Origin: Rhodobacter capsulatus SB 1003
GTDB taxonomy: Bacteria; Pseudomonadota; Alphaproteobacteria; Rhodobacterales; Rhodobacteraceae
Length of the DNA: 32,000 nt
Assembly: GCF_000021865.1 (NCBI RefSeq)
Contig: NC_014034.1
Coordinates: 3,450,001 to 3,482,000, forward strand
Direction of reading: 5' to 3'
Below the pieces are notes generated by a model. That model was given only the letters and a program-made list of their open reading frames with translations. It made no database searches and was not told the origin of the DNA. Made by a program: the position numbers and the translations under genes. Shown here piece by piece: positions 7,925 to 15,467 of this stretch. Position 1 is the stretch's first letter, and every line of letters begins with the position of its first letter.

Positions 7925-9763
7925 TTATCCGAAGGTGAAGGCGAAGGCCTGAACGCCGGGGGCGTCGAAGCGGATTTCAAAGAGGTGGTCGGTGACGGGC
8001 CCCTTGGCGCGGTAAAGCTGATAGAGCCGGTCCTCGGTCACGATGCCCCGGCCCGCGGCATCGACGTCAAGCCCGGCATCGGCGCCGGGGGGCTGGCCGT
8101 CGATCGTCACGGTAAAGGGCACCGGCGCGGCCCCGGGCGCCAGCACCAGATGCAGGTCGCGGGCGTGAAAGCGCATCGTCACGCTGCCGGAGGGCGCAGT
8201 CAGCTGCGCGGCCTCGACCCCCACGGTCCAGTCGCCCGCCAGCGCCCATTCGTTCAGCCGCAGATCAGGCGCGGTGTAGCGATGCGGCTGATCGGCGATC
8301 AACCCCTCGGCATTCAGGTTCCCGCTGGCGCGCTCATGGCCCAGATAAGTCTCGGGCGAGAAGACCGCGCGCATATCGGCGGGGGCGGAAACGCCCGCAG
8401 CTTGCACCTGCGCCGTCGTGTCGGGACTGGCCCCGGCCTCGGCCAGAAGCGTGCGGATCACCTGTTCGGACTCCGCATAGCCGCCCTCGCCGAAATGGTG
8501 GTGGCGGATCTGCCCCTTGGCATCAATGAAGTAATGCGCGGGCCAGTAGCGGTTCGAAAACGCCCGCCACAGCGCGTAGTCGTTATCCAGCGCCACCGGA
8601 TAGGTGATGCCCAGATCGCGGACCGCCTTTTCGACATTGGCCGGGTTCTTTTCAAAAGCGAATTCGGGCGCATGCACGCCGATCACCACCAGCCCCTTGT
8701 CGCGATAGGCGGCGTCCCAGGCCTGCACATGCGGCAGCGCGCGCAGGCAGTTGATGCAGGAATAGGTCCAGAAGTCGATCAGCACGACCTTGCCGCGCAA
8801 CTGTGCGGCGGTCAGCGGCGGCGAATTGAGCCACTGCACCGCGCCGGTCAGATCGGGCATCTGGCCTTCGACCGGCAGGGCCTCGGGCTGGCCCTTGGCC
8901 ACCATCGCCGGGCCCGCCATCATCGCGGGGCCTCCGGTCATCGCGGGGCCTCCGGTCATCGCGGGGCCACCCGTCATCGCGGGGCCACCCGTCATCGCCG
9001 GGGCGGTCATCGCCGGACCCGTCATGGCCGGGGCGGCCTGCATCACCGTGCTGCCCTCGGGGCCGAAGCGGGTGAGCAGCGCCGCTTCCAGCCGGTTCGT
9101 CGAGGCAGTCGAAAGCCGCGTCAAAAGCCCGGTATCAAGCCCCAAAGCAATCGCCGCGACGCCCGCCAGGACCAGCGCGCCCAGACCACGCCGCAGCCCC
9201 TCGCCCAGACCCAGGCTGCGCTTCATCAGCGCAAAGACCCGCCCCCCGGCCAGAAGCGCCACCGCAAGCGCCGTCGCCGCCCCCAAGGCATAGGCGAACA
9301 AAAGCCCCGTCGTCGCGACGCTTGCCCCGTTCAGCGCCGCCCCGGTCAGGATCAGCCCGAGGATCGGCCCGGCGCAGGGCGCCCACAAGAGACCCGTGGC
9401 CACGCCCAAAACGGCCGAACCGAAGACCCCCTCGCCCCGCCCCGCGGCGCGGTTGCCCAGCGCGACCAAGGGTCGGGTCAGCCGTTCGGACAGCGCGGGG
9501 AACAAAAGCATCAGCCCGAAGACAGCCAGAAGGGTCAGCGCAAGCCCCCGCCCCCAGCCATTCGCGGCCACCGCCCAGCCACCGCCCACGGCCGCCAGGC
9601 TTGCCACCGCGGCAAAGGCCAGCGCCATCCCGGCCAGCATCGGCAAGCCATTCGTCAAAAAGGGTTTTCCGGCGCGGGCAAAGACGAAGGGCAAAACCGG
9701 CAGGATGCAGGGGCTGAGGATCGTCAGCACCCCGCCCAGCCAGGCCAGAAGGGCAAGGGTCAT
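7925..9763 (-). CDS. dipZ: DipZ-type thiol:disulfide electron transporter: CcdA/DsbD membrane domain fused to a TlpA-like thioredoxin and a DipZ C-terminal domain
   Basis: 612 aa. Membrane-domain Cys motifs LSPCILP and WAPCAGP, a Met-rich linker, the thioredoxin motif WTYSCINC, then about 180 aa of beta-rich C-terminal domain. Separated by 3 nt from msrB and 11 nt from msrA. Confidence 0.8.
   Translation of the reverse strand: MTLALLAWLGGVLTILSPCILPVLPFVFARAGKPFLTNGLPMLAGMALAFAAVASLAAVGGGWAVAANGWGRGLALTLLAVFGLMLLFPALSERLTRPLVALGNRAAGRGEGVFGSAVLGVATGLLWAPCAGPILGLILTGAALNGASVATTGLLFAYALGAATALAVALLAGGRVFALMKRSLGLGEGLRRGLGALVLAGVAAIALGLDTGLLTRLSTASTNRLEAALLTRFGPEGSTVMQAAPAMTGPAMTAPAMTGGPAMTGGPAMTGGPAMTGGPAMMAGPAMVAKGQPEALPVEGQMPDLTGAVQWLNSPPLTAAQLRGKVVLIDFWTYSCINCLRALPHVQAWDAAYRDKGLVVIGVHAPEFAFEKNPANVEKAVRDLGITYPVALDNDYALWRAFSNRYWPAHYFIDAKGQIRHHHFGEGGYAESEQVIRTLLAEAGASPDTTAQVQAAGVSAPADMRAVFSPETYLGHERASGNLNAEGLIADQPHRYTAPDLRLNEWALAGDWTVGVEAAQLTAPSGSVTMRFHARDLHLVLAPGAAPVPFTVTIDGQPPGADAGLDVDAAGRGIVTEDRLYQLYRAKGPVTDHLFEIRFDAPGVQAFAFTFG
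8921..8992 (-). repeat. In-frame 18-bp tandem repeat (4 units) encoding (MTGGPA)n, core of a Met-rich tract spanning 8903-9043
   Basis: Plus-strand units are catcgcggggcctccggt x2 (8921-8956) and catcgcggggccacccgt x2 (8957-8992). They are flanked by degenerate 15- and 18-bp units. Every cat is a Met codon of dipZ. Confidence 0.9.
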
Positions 9764-9766
9764 CGT

Positions 9767-10237
9767 TCAGGTCTCCGGGGTGAAGGTCATCGCGACCCCG
9801 TTCATGCAATAGCGCAGCCCGGTCGGCGGCGGGCCGTCTTCGAACACATGGCCCAGATGACCGCCGCAGCGGGCGCAATGCACCTCGGTCCGGGTCATCA
9901 TCAGCGCGCCATCAATGCGGGTGCCCACGACCTCGGGGCGGATCGGCTGGTAGAAACTCGGCCAGCCGGTGCCGCTGTCGAATTTCGTCTCGGACGCAAA
10001 CAGCGCCTGCCCGCAGCCCGCACAGGCAAAGGTGCCCTTGCGGTGTTCCTGCTCCAGGGGGCTCGTGTAGGGATATTCCGTGCCCTCCTTGCGCAGCACC
10101 GAATAGGCCTCGGGCGACAGAAGCTTGCGCCATTCCTCGTCGCTGTGCACCACCTCGAAGGTTTCGGCCGCGGCCTTGTGGGGGGCCAGACCGACGGCGG
10201 CCAGCCCCACCGACAGCAAAAGATGTCTCCGGTTCAT
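9767..10237 (-). CDS. msrB: Peptide-methionine (R)-S-oxide reductase MsrB, exported form
   Basis: Zn CxxC pairs CAGCGQ and CARCGG, plus GHLGHVFEDG and the catalytic RYCMN. Start set at ATG 10237 (MNRRHLLLSVGLAAVGLAP..., an RR-containing signal) preceded by GGAGGAG. The track ORF begins at 10294. Confidence 0.9.
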   Translation of the reverse strand: MNRRHLLLSVGLAAVGLAPHKAAAETFEVVHSDEEWRKLLSPEAYSVLRKEGTEYPYTSPLEQEHRKGTFACAGCGQALFASETKFDSGTGWPSFYQPIRPEVVGTRIDGALMMTRTEVHCARCGGHLGHVFEDGPPPTGLRYCMNGVAMTFTPET

Positions 10238-10324
10238 GCGCTCCTCCGCAGCTTGATCCGAAGCATCAGTTAGGGCGCTAACGGCCGCTGTCACGCGGCC
10301 GCGGGCAACGCTTTCGTGACTGGG

Positions 10325-11290
10325 TTAAAAGATCGCGTGATCGCCGCGGTCATCGGCAATCTCGCCGCGCAGCATCGCGGCGACGTAATCCTCGAACCGG
10401 TCGGTGCCGAATTCCGGCGTCGCATCAGCATCATAGCAACCCTTGACCGGGTTCCAGAGCAGCATCGATTCCGAGGCATAATAGCGCCCGATCCGTGCCA
10501 ATTCGGCCTTGCCCGCCAGTTTCGGGGAAAATTTCCCAAGAACGCTCAGCACGCCGACAATCGCATCCATCAGCTTCGGCGTGACATGGCGGATCTTCAC
10601 CGGCTGGCCGGTCAGCCGCTCCAGCATCGCCGCCTGATCCAAGGGCGTGATCGCAGGCCCCGGGCCGCCGATGGGCAGCACCTTCCGCACTTTCTCGGGA
10701 TCGCTCAGACAGGAGGTGAGGAACCGCCCCAGATCGGCATCGGAAATCGGCTTGCAGGCGGTGATCCGGCCATCGCCGAAAACCAGAAACGGTTTGCCCT
10801 TCTGCACCCGCGGGATCTGCCCCGAAAGCGACTTGAAGAACGCCGTCGGCCGCACGATCGACCATTCCAAGGGCGAGCCGCGCAGCTGCGCTTCAAAGGC
10901 CAGTTTCGCCTTCTGGAATTCCAGATAGGGTTTTTGCACGCAGATCGCAGAAAGCAGCACGAATTTGCGCACCCGCGCCTCCATCGCCGCTTCCAGCGCA
11001 TGGGCATGGGCGCGGTCGTCGATCGCCCAGGCATCGGCGGGCAGCCCGGTGCGCGAAGCAAGGCAGGAGACGATCGCGGCGCAGGGATGATCCTTCAGCA
11101 CCCGCGCCACGGTGTCGGGATAGCTCACGTCGCCCTCGATCAGCGTGCAGCCGGGCAGCTTCGCCGGATCGGTCCCCGGCCGCACCAGCGCCCAGACGCC
11201 ATGCCCCTCGGCCAGCAAAGCCGCGGCCGTCGCCCGGCCGATGGTGCCGGTGCCGCCCAGCAAAAGCACACGGAATTTCAGATCTTTCAT
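10325..11290 (-). CDS. NAD(P)-binding Rossmann-fold reductase (extended SDR/NmrA-like), resembling BciA-type divinyl chlorophyllide 8-vinyl reductase
   Basis: 321 aa from ATG 11290 (MKDLKFRVLLLGGTGTIGR = GxxGxxG). From memory, the C-terminal ...ESMLLWNPVKGCYDADATPEFGTDRFEDYVAAMLRGEI...AIF resembles the DVR/BciA C-termini. The family call is tentative. Confidence 0.5.
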   Translation of the reverse strand: MKDLKFRVLLLGGTGTIGRATAAALLAEGHGVWALVRPGTDPAKLPGCTLIEGDVSYPDTVARVLKDHPCAAIVSCLASRTGLPADAWAIDDRAHAHALEAAMEARVRKFVLLSAICVQKPYLEFQKAKLAFEAQLRGSPLEWSIVRPTAFFKSLSGQIPRVQKGKPFLVFGDGRITACKPISDADLGRFLTSCLSDPEKVRKVLPIGGPGPAITPLDQAAMLERLTGQPVKIRHVTPKLMDAIVGVLSVLGKFSPKLAGKAELARIGRYYASESMLLWNPVKGCYDADATPEFGTDRFEDYVAAMLRGEIADDRGDHAIF

Positions 11291-11362
11291 CGCAAGGCCC
11301 CCTTTTCGCACCCGCAGCTTAGCAGGATGCACGGGCGCGGCCAGACGCAGTTTGGCGCAGGG

Positions 11363-11403
11363 CCAAAGGAAGGGGGGCAGCCGACCCCACCGGGCCGCCC
11401 CCC
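11363..11403 (-). terminator. Candidate rho-independent terminator of mop
   Basis: GGGGGGC (11372-11378) pairs with GCCCCCC (11397-11403), 17 nt after the mop stop. It is followed on the minus strand by TTCCTTTGG. The loop is large and GC-rich, so the call is tentative. Confidence 0.4.
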
Positions 11404-11419
11404 AACCCCGGTCGTTCGA

Positions 11420-11626
11420 TCAGTTCTTGCCGACGATGACGTCAGAGGCCTTGATGATCGCGCAGGCCTCGTCGCCGACCTTCAGCGCCAGATCGGCGGC
11501 GGCTTCGTTGGTGATCGAGGCGGTGACCACGGTCCCGCCGATGTCGATCTTGACATGGGTGGTGACATTGCCGGTCTCGACGGCGGTGACCTTGCCCGCC
11601 AGAATATTGCGTGCGCTGAGTTTCAT
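11420..11626 (-). CDS. mop: Molbindin (single TOBE/Mop domain molybdate-binding protein)
   Basis: 68 aa from ATG 11626: MKLSARNILAGKVTAVETGNVTTHVKIDIGG...IIKASDVIVGKN. RBS AAGGA. Confidence 0.85.
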   Translation of the reverse strand: MKLSARNILAGKVTAVETGNVTTHVKIDIGGTVVTASITNEAAADLALKVGDEACAIIKASDVIVGKN

Positions 11627-11711
11627 CGGGGTGTCCTTTCCCGGAACGATTGAGTCGATTTGTGCCAATTGCTTGCGGCAAGGCCAGTGTTAACCTTTGC
11701 TACCCCTTTGA

Positions 11712-11736
11712 CAATATGAGAAAAATCCACATATCG
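11712..11736. promoter_or_regulatory. Mo-box-like AT-rich dyad (candidate MopA/MopB, ModE-family, site) upstream of mop
   Basis: In mop orientation it reads CGATATG-N11-CATATTG, with arms complementary at 6 of 7 positions. It is the only strongly AT-rich dyad in the 160-bp interval, lying 86-110 bp upstream of the mop ATG. Confidence 0.5.
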
Positions 11737-11785
11737 CAGCCATGCGCGGGCTGCATGCCTCCTCTTCCGGCGGCGGGACGCGGGT

Positions 11786-12619
11786 TCAACCCTCGGGCAC
11801 GGTCAAAAGGTCGGTCAGTGCCGAGAGCGGCAGATCCAGACGGCGGATCTGCATCTCCTCCAGGAACTTCTCTTCCATTTTCGTCAGCGGACCGGGGATC
11901 AGCGCGACATGTCCAGCGCCCGAACGCTTGGCGATCTGACGCGCGTAAATCCGCAACAGCTGATCGTCGAAGCGGCAGCCCAGGAACAGGAACGGCCGCC
12001 CGGTGCGACGCTCTCGCACCTCTTCCGGAATCGGGGTCTGGATGTCGATCTCGGTCAGCACCTCGACGTAATCGGCGTCCGACAGAAGGAAGGAAGACCC
12101 CATCCGCACCAGACCGTTGGGCTTGTAGATCAGCGATTTCCAGCCCGGATCGGCGGTCGCGACGGGTTCGCCGAAACTGTCGAAGGCGGCGGTGAAGGCC
12201 TCGGAATGCGTCCCCGCCCGGCTGATCCCCTGCACCAGCCCCCAATCGCCGTCACCCGGGCCGAAGGCGCGCAGGATGCCCTCGTCATACCAGGTGTCAA
12301 CGACCATCGGCACCCGCATCGAGGCCAGCCAGTCATGCACCGGATTGGGCCGGTCGGGGCGGCCGACGAAAGCCTTGCGCACCAACGCGTCCAAGGTCGC
12401 GCGGAACTTCCGGCTTTCGATATATTGCGCCACCGCCCACAGATTGCCCGCGGCCCGGCGCGGCACCCGCACTTCGGCCTCCAGCCTGCGGCACAGCTCG
12501 GCCGTCGTGCCGGGCGCCTGCCCGCCCGACAAAGCCGAGACTTCGGGGCCCAGATAGGGGATGCGACGGCCCGCCCCCACCTCGGCCATGACGGTTTCCA
12601 GAAGCGCGATGTCGGTCAT
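11786..12619 (-). CDS. SIR2_2-like (DHS-like NAD-binding fold) protein with substituted catalytic residues; last cistron of the nifB operon
   Basis: 277 aa from ATG 12619, 2 nt after the nifT stop. Ordered motifs: IPYLGPEVS, NPVHDWL, VVDTWYDE, LIYKPNGLV, PFLFLGCRFDDQLLR. The track ORF start at 12736 would overlap nifT. Confidence 0.6.
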   Translation of the reverse strand: MTDIALLETVMAEVGAGRRIPYLGPEVSALSGGQAPGTTAELCRRLEAEVRVPRRAAGNLWAVAQYIESRKFRATLDALVRKAFVGRPDRPNPVHDWLASMRVPMVVDTWYDEGILRAFGPGDGDWGLVQGISRAGTHSEAFTAAFDSFGEPVATADPGWKSLIYKPNGLVRMGSSFLLSDADYVEVLTEIDIQTPIPEEVRERRTGRPFLFLGCRFDDQLLRIYARQIAKRSGAGHVALIPGPLTKMEEKFLEEMQIRRLDLPLSALTDLLTVPEG

Positions 12620-12621
12620 GC

Positions 12622-12834
12622 TCAGTCCTCGTCGGAAATCTTGCGCGCCTCGACCGTCACCGGCAGCTGCGGCGGGGTGTCGAACTCGGGCATGGCAAAG
12701 ACCCAGCCATTGGCCAGCTTCGCCCAGCCGCCCCAAAGCCCGGGTTTTTCCTGCGCGACCACCATTTCCTCAAGGTCCTTCTTCGGCACATAGGCCTCGA
12801 TCCCCTTGGCGGTTTCACGGATCATCACTTTCAT
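12622..12834 (-). CDS. nifT: NifT/FixU
   Basis: 70 aa, MKVMIRETAKGIEAYVPKKDLEEMVV..., typical NifT. ATGA overlap with the nifZ stop (12831-12834). Confidence 0.85.
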   Translation of the reverse strand: MKVMIRETAKGIEAYVPKKDLEEMVVAQEKPGLWGGWAKLANGWVFAMPEFDTPPQLPVTVEARKISDED

Positions 12835-13184
12835 CGGGAGAGGTCCTTTGCAGTTTGCGCAAGGCTTGCGCGGGTCACGATATGGGATTGCAGCGCCTGT
12901 TCGGCCTCGCGCGCGGCAAGGGTCCCGGCGGGCTTGATTTCCTTTTCGCGCATGCCGACGATCGAGCCGCGCTCGATGAAGTCGATGGCGTAGATGTAGA
13001 ATTGCGACAGGAACACGCCGATGTCGCGGACATAGCCGACGTCGCCCTTTTTCACCACGATGTCGCCGATCTCGAACCCGGCCATGGTGCCGTCGTTCTT
13101 CACCTGCTTGCGGGCGATCACCTTGTCGCCCGGCCGGTAGACGGGGGCGCGGTAGACCTCGATTTCACGGTCGTCGGTCGACAT
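12831..13184 (-). CDS. nifZ: NifZ
   Basis: 117 aa with NifZ-like PGDKVIARKQVKNDGTMAGFEIGDIVVKKGDVGYVRDIGVFLSQFYIYAIDF. The start lies 3 nt after the preceding stop. Confidence 0.85.
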   Translation of the reverse strand: MSTDDREIEVYRAPVYRPGDKVIARKQVKNDGTMAGFEIGDIVVKKGDVGYVRDIGVFLSQFYIYAIDFIERGSIVGMREKEIKPAGTLAAREAEQALQSHIVTRASLAQTAKDLSR

Positions 13185-13187
13185 GGG

Positions 13188-13925
13188 TCACTCCTTCAGA
13201 TGGGCAAGCCGCTGGATCGCGGTCTCGCGGATGATGTCTTCGGGGTCAGAGACAAGGCGGCGCAATTCCTCGCGCCCGCCTTCCTCGGCAACGGTGTGGC
13301 GGACGCGGAGATCGTCATCCGCCACGAAAAGCCCGGGCCGCCGCCGCGCCGCCACCCGCCGCACCAGCGGCTCGGGATCGGTGCGGAAGCGGTCAAGAAA
13401 AGCGGGGTCGATGCGGCGGGCGACCTCGGCGCGGACCTCGGGATCGGGGTCGGCACAAAGCATCGGCAGCATCCCCGTCTCGGCGCGGCGGGCAACGATC
13501 AGCCGGACATGGCCGTCCTTGTCCTGCAGCATCGGCAGCAGCCCGCCCGGCGGCAACCGATGCGCGACGGCGATCCGCACGGCGCGGTCCGGGTCGCGGA
13601 TCAGCCGTTCCGCATGCGCGGCGGGCAGGCGCAGCACCGCCATGCCCCGCACGGCCGGGTCCTCGTCGGCCAGAAGCCGCGGCAGCCGGAACACCGAGGC
13701 CGTCCGCGCCGCCTGCACCCGGGTCTCGAAATAGGGATGACCCAGGTTTTCATCCGCCAGTTCGGGGTTGAGCAGAAAGAACCGCTCGATCCGCTTGGCG
13801 TAGCGATCATTCAGGCAGGACCAGCCCAGCCCGCAATGCCCGCTCTCCAGCAGGTCCTGAAACCGGCAGGCGCCGCATTCCAGCGCCTGACCCGTCCAAT
13901 CAAGGGGTTCGGGGCCTTCGGGCAT
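13188..13925 (-). CDS. LRV-type protein: N-terminal 4-Cys Fe-S domain plus leucine-rich-variant (HEAT-like) repeats
   Basis: 245 aa. N-terminal segment CGACRFQDLLESGHCGLGWSC supplies 4 Cys. About 24-residue repeats of the form D(P/D)xxxVRxxVAxRL follow (DPAVRGMAVLRL, DPDRAVRIAVAHRL, DGHVRLIVARR, DPEVRAEVARRI, EPLVRRVAARR, DLRVRHTVAEE). The start lies 7 nt after the nifB stop. Confidence 0.8.
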   Translation of the reverse strand: MPEGPEPLDWTGQALECGACRFQDLLESGHCGLGWSCLNDRYAKRIERFFLLNPELADENLGHPYFETRVQAARTASVFRLPRLLADEDPAVRGMAVLRLPAAHAERLIRDPDRAVRIAVAHRLPPGGLLPMLQDKDGHVRLIVARRAETGMLPMLCADPDPEVRAEVARRIDPAFLDRFRTDPEPLVRRVAARRRPGLFVADDDLRVRHTVAEEGGREELRRLVSDPEDIIRETAIQRLAHLKE

Positions 13926-13932
13926 CGGATCC

Positions 13933-15426
13933 TCAGGCGGTAATGGCTTGTTTCTGGGTCATTCTTTCGCGGTAAAGCGCAAGGATGGCGGGTTCGATGT
14001 AGTCGTGGGCCCAGCTGTCGCGGGCGGTGATGCCGGCGCTTGCCAGGCCCTCGCGCGGGCAGTCGCCGATCTTGGCCACCAGAACCGTGTCGATCCCGTC
14101 AAGCGCCGCGATGACGCGGTCAAGACGGTCTTCCGCGCCGCCGCCGTCGACGCAATAGTTGTCGCAGCGGCGGTGAAAGGCGAAGCGGACGCCCGTGGCA
14201 TCGACCTCGAAGACCTGGAATTCCGTCGCATGGCCGAAATGCTGGTTGATCCGGCCGCCGCCCTGGGTCGTCACCGCGACCAGAAGTTTCGGCGAGCTGG
14301 CCGCGCAGGCCGCCTCGGTCGCGGCCTGGGCGGCCTCGGCGGCGGCGCGGCGGTCTTCGCGCTCGGCGCCCACCCAGTCGCGATAGGTTTCGCGCGCGGC
14401 GGGATCATAGACCGGCGCCTCGGGCACGAGGTCCAGGGTGAATTCCTGACCCCGATCCTCGCCCAGAAGCCCCACCGCATCGGCGCGGCACTGGCGGCAG
14501 TGCTTCATCAGATTGGCCCCGCCCGCGCAGGCCTCCTGCACCGCCAGAAGCTCGGCCGCCGTCGGGCCGCGCTGCCCGGTCAGGCCGAAATGCGTGCCAT
14601 GTTCGGGCGCCGAAATCAGCGGCATGATGTTGTGCAAAAACGCGCCGCGGCGTTTGACCTCGCGGTTCACCTCCAGGAGATGCGCGTCGTTGATCCCGGG
14701 GATCAGCACCGAATTGACCTTGACCAGGATGCCGCGCGCGACGAGACCATCGAGCGCCGCCATCTGCCGTTCATGCAGGATGCGGCTCGCCTCGACGCCA
14801 TAGATCCGTTTGCGGTTGTAAAAGATCCAGGGGTAGATCTTTGCCCCCACCTCGGGGTCGATCATGTTGATGGTGATCGTCACGTGATCGACATTCATCT
14901 CGACCAGTTCATCGAGGTGATCGGGCAGGGCGAGCCCGTTCGAGCTCAGGCACAGCTTGATGTCGGGGATCTGCGCCGTCACCAGCCGGAAGGTTTCCTT
15001 CGTCTTCAGCCAGTCATAGGCGCTGTCGCCCGGCCCGGCGATGCCCAGAACCGAGAGCTGCGGCACCTCATTCGCCACCGCAATCACCTTGCGCGCGGCC
15101 TCCTCGGGCGTCAGCCGTTCCGACACGACACCGGGGCGGCTTTCGTTCGAACAATCGTATTTGCGGTTGCAGTAATTGCACTGGATGTTGCAGGCGGGCG
15201 CCACCGACACATGCATGCGGGCGAAATAATGATGCGCCTCTTCGGAATAGCAGGGGTGATCCTTGACCTTGGCCCAGGTCGCCGGGTCCATGTCTTCGGG
15301 TTTTTCCTTGCTACCGCAGCCGGTTGCCGATCCGGTCGCGGAACAGCCGCCCGCGGCCAGCGCGGCCGAGAGGCTCTCCTTCGAGCCGATCGCCAGGGTG
15401 CCAAGGGCCACGACATTGTCCGACAT
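13933..15426 (-). CDS. nifB: NifB, radical-SAM FeMo-cofactor (NifB-co) synthase with a C-terminal NifX-like domain
   Basis: 497 aa from ATG 15426 (MSDNVVALG...), RBS GGAGAG. Radical-SAM motif CNIQCNYCNRKY. C-terminal NifX-like segment LLVAVTTQGGGRINQHFGHATEFQVFEV. The track ORF start at 15588 would run through the promoter and the nifA terminator. Confidence 0.95.
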   Translation of the reverse strand: MSDNVVALGTLAIGSKESLSAALAAGGCSATGSATGCGSKEKPEDMDPATWAKVKDHPCYSEEAHHYFARMHVSVAPACNIQCNYCNRKYDCSNESRPGVVSERLTPEEAARKVIAVANEVPQLSVLGIAGPGDSAYDWLKTKETFRLVTAQIPDIKLCLSSNGLALPDHLDELVEMNVDHVTITINMIDPEVGAKIYPWIFYNRKRIYGVEASRILHERQMAALDGLVARGILVKVNSVLIPGINDAHLLEVNREVKRRGAFLHNIMPLISAPEHGTHFGLTGQRGPTAAELLAVQEACAGGANLMKHCRQCRADAVGLLGEDRGQEFTLDLVPEAPVYDPAARETYRDWVGAEREDRRAAAEAAQAATEAACAASSPKLLVAVTTQGGGRINQHFGHATEFQVFEVDATGVRFAFHRRCDNYCVDGGGAEDRLDRVIAALDGIDTVLVAKIGDCPREGLASAGITARDSWAHDYIEPAILALYRERMTQKQAITA

Positions 15427-15467
15427 GCTGCTCTCCGTTCTGGTCCCGCTTGGGTCATCAGGGATGC

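Noticed and set aside
8921-8992. A tandem 18-bp repeat that could be mistaken for a CRISPR-like or intergenic VNTR array.
   Set aside because: The units are directly adjacent with no spacers. They lie in frame inside the dipZ coding sequence and encode MTGGPA repeats. This is a coding low-complexity repeat, not a CRISPR array.
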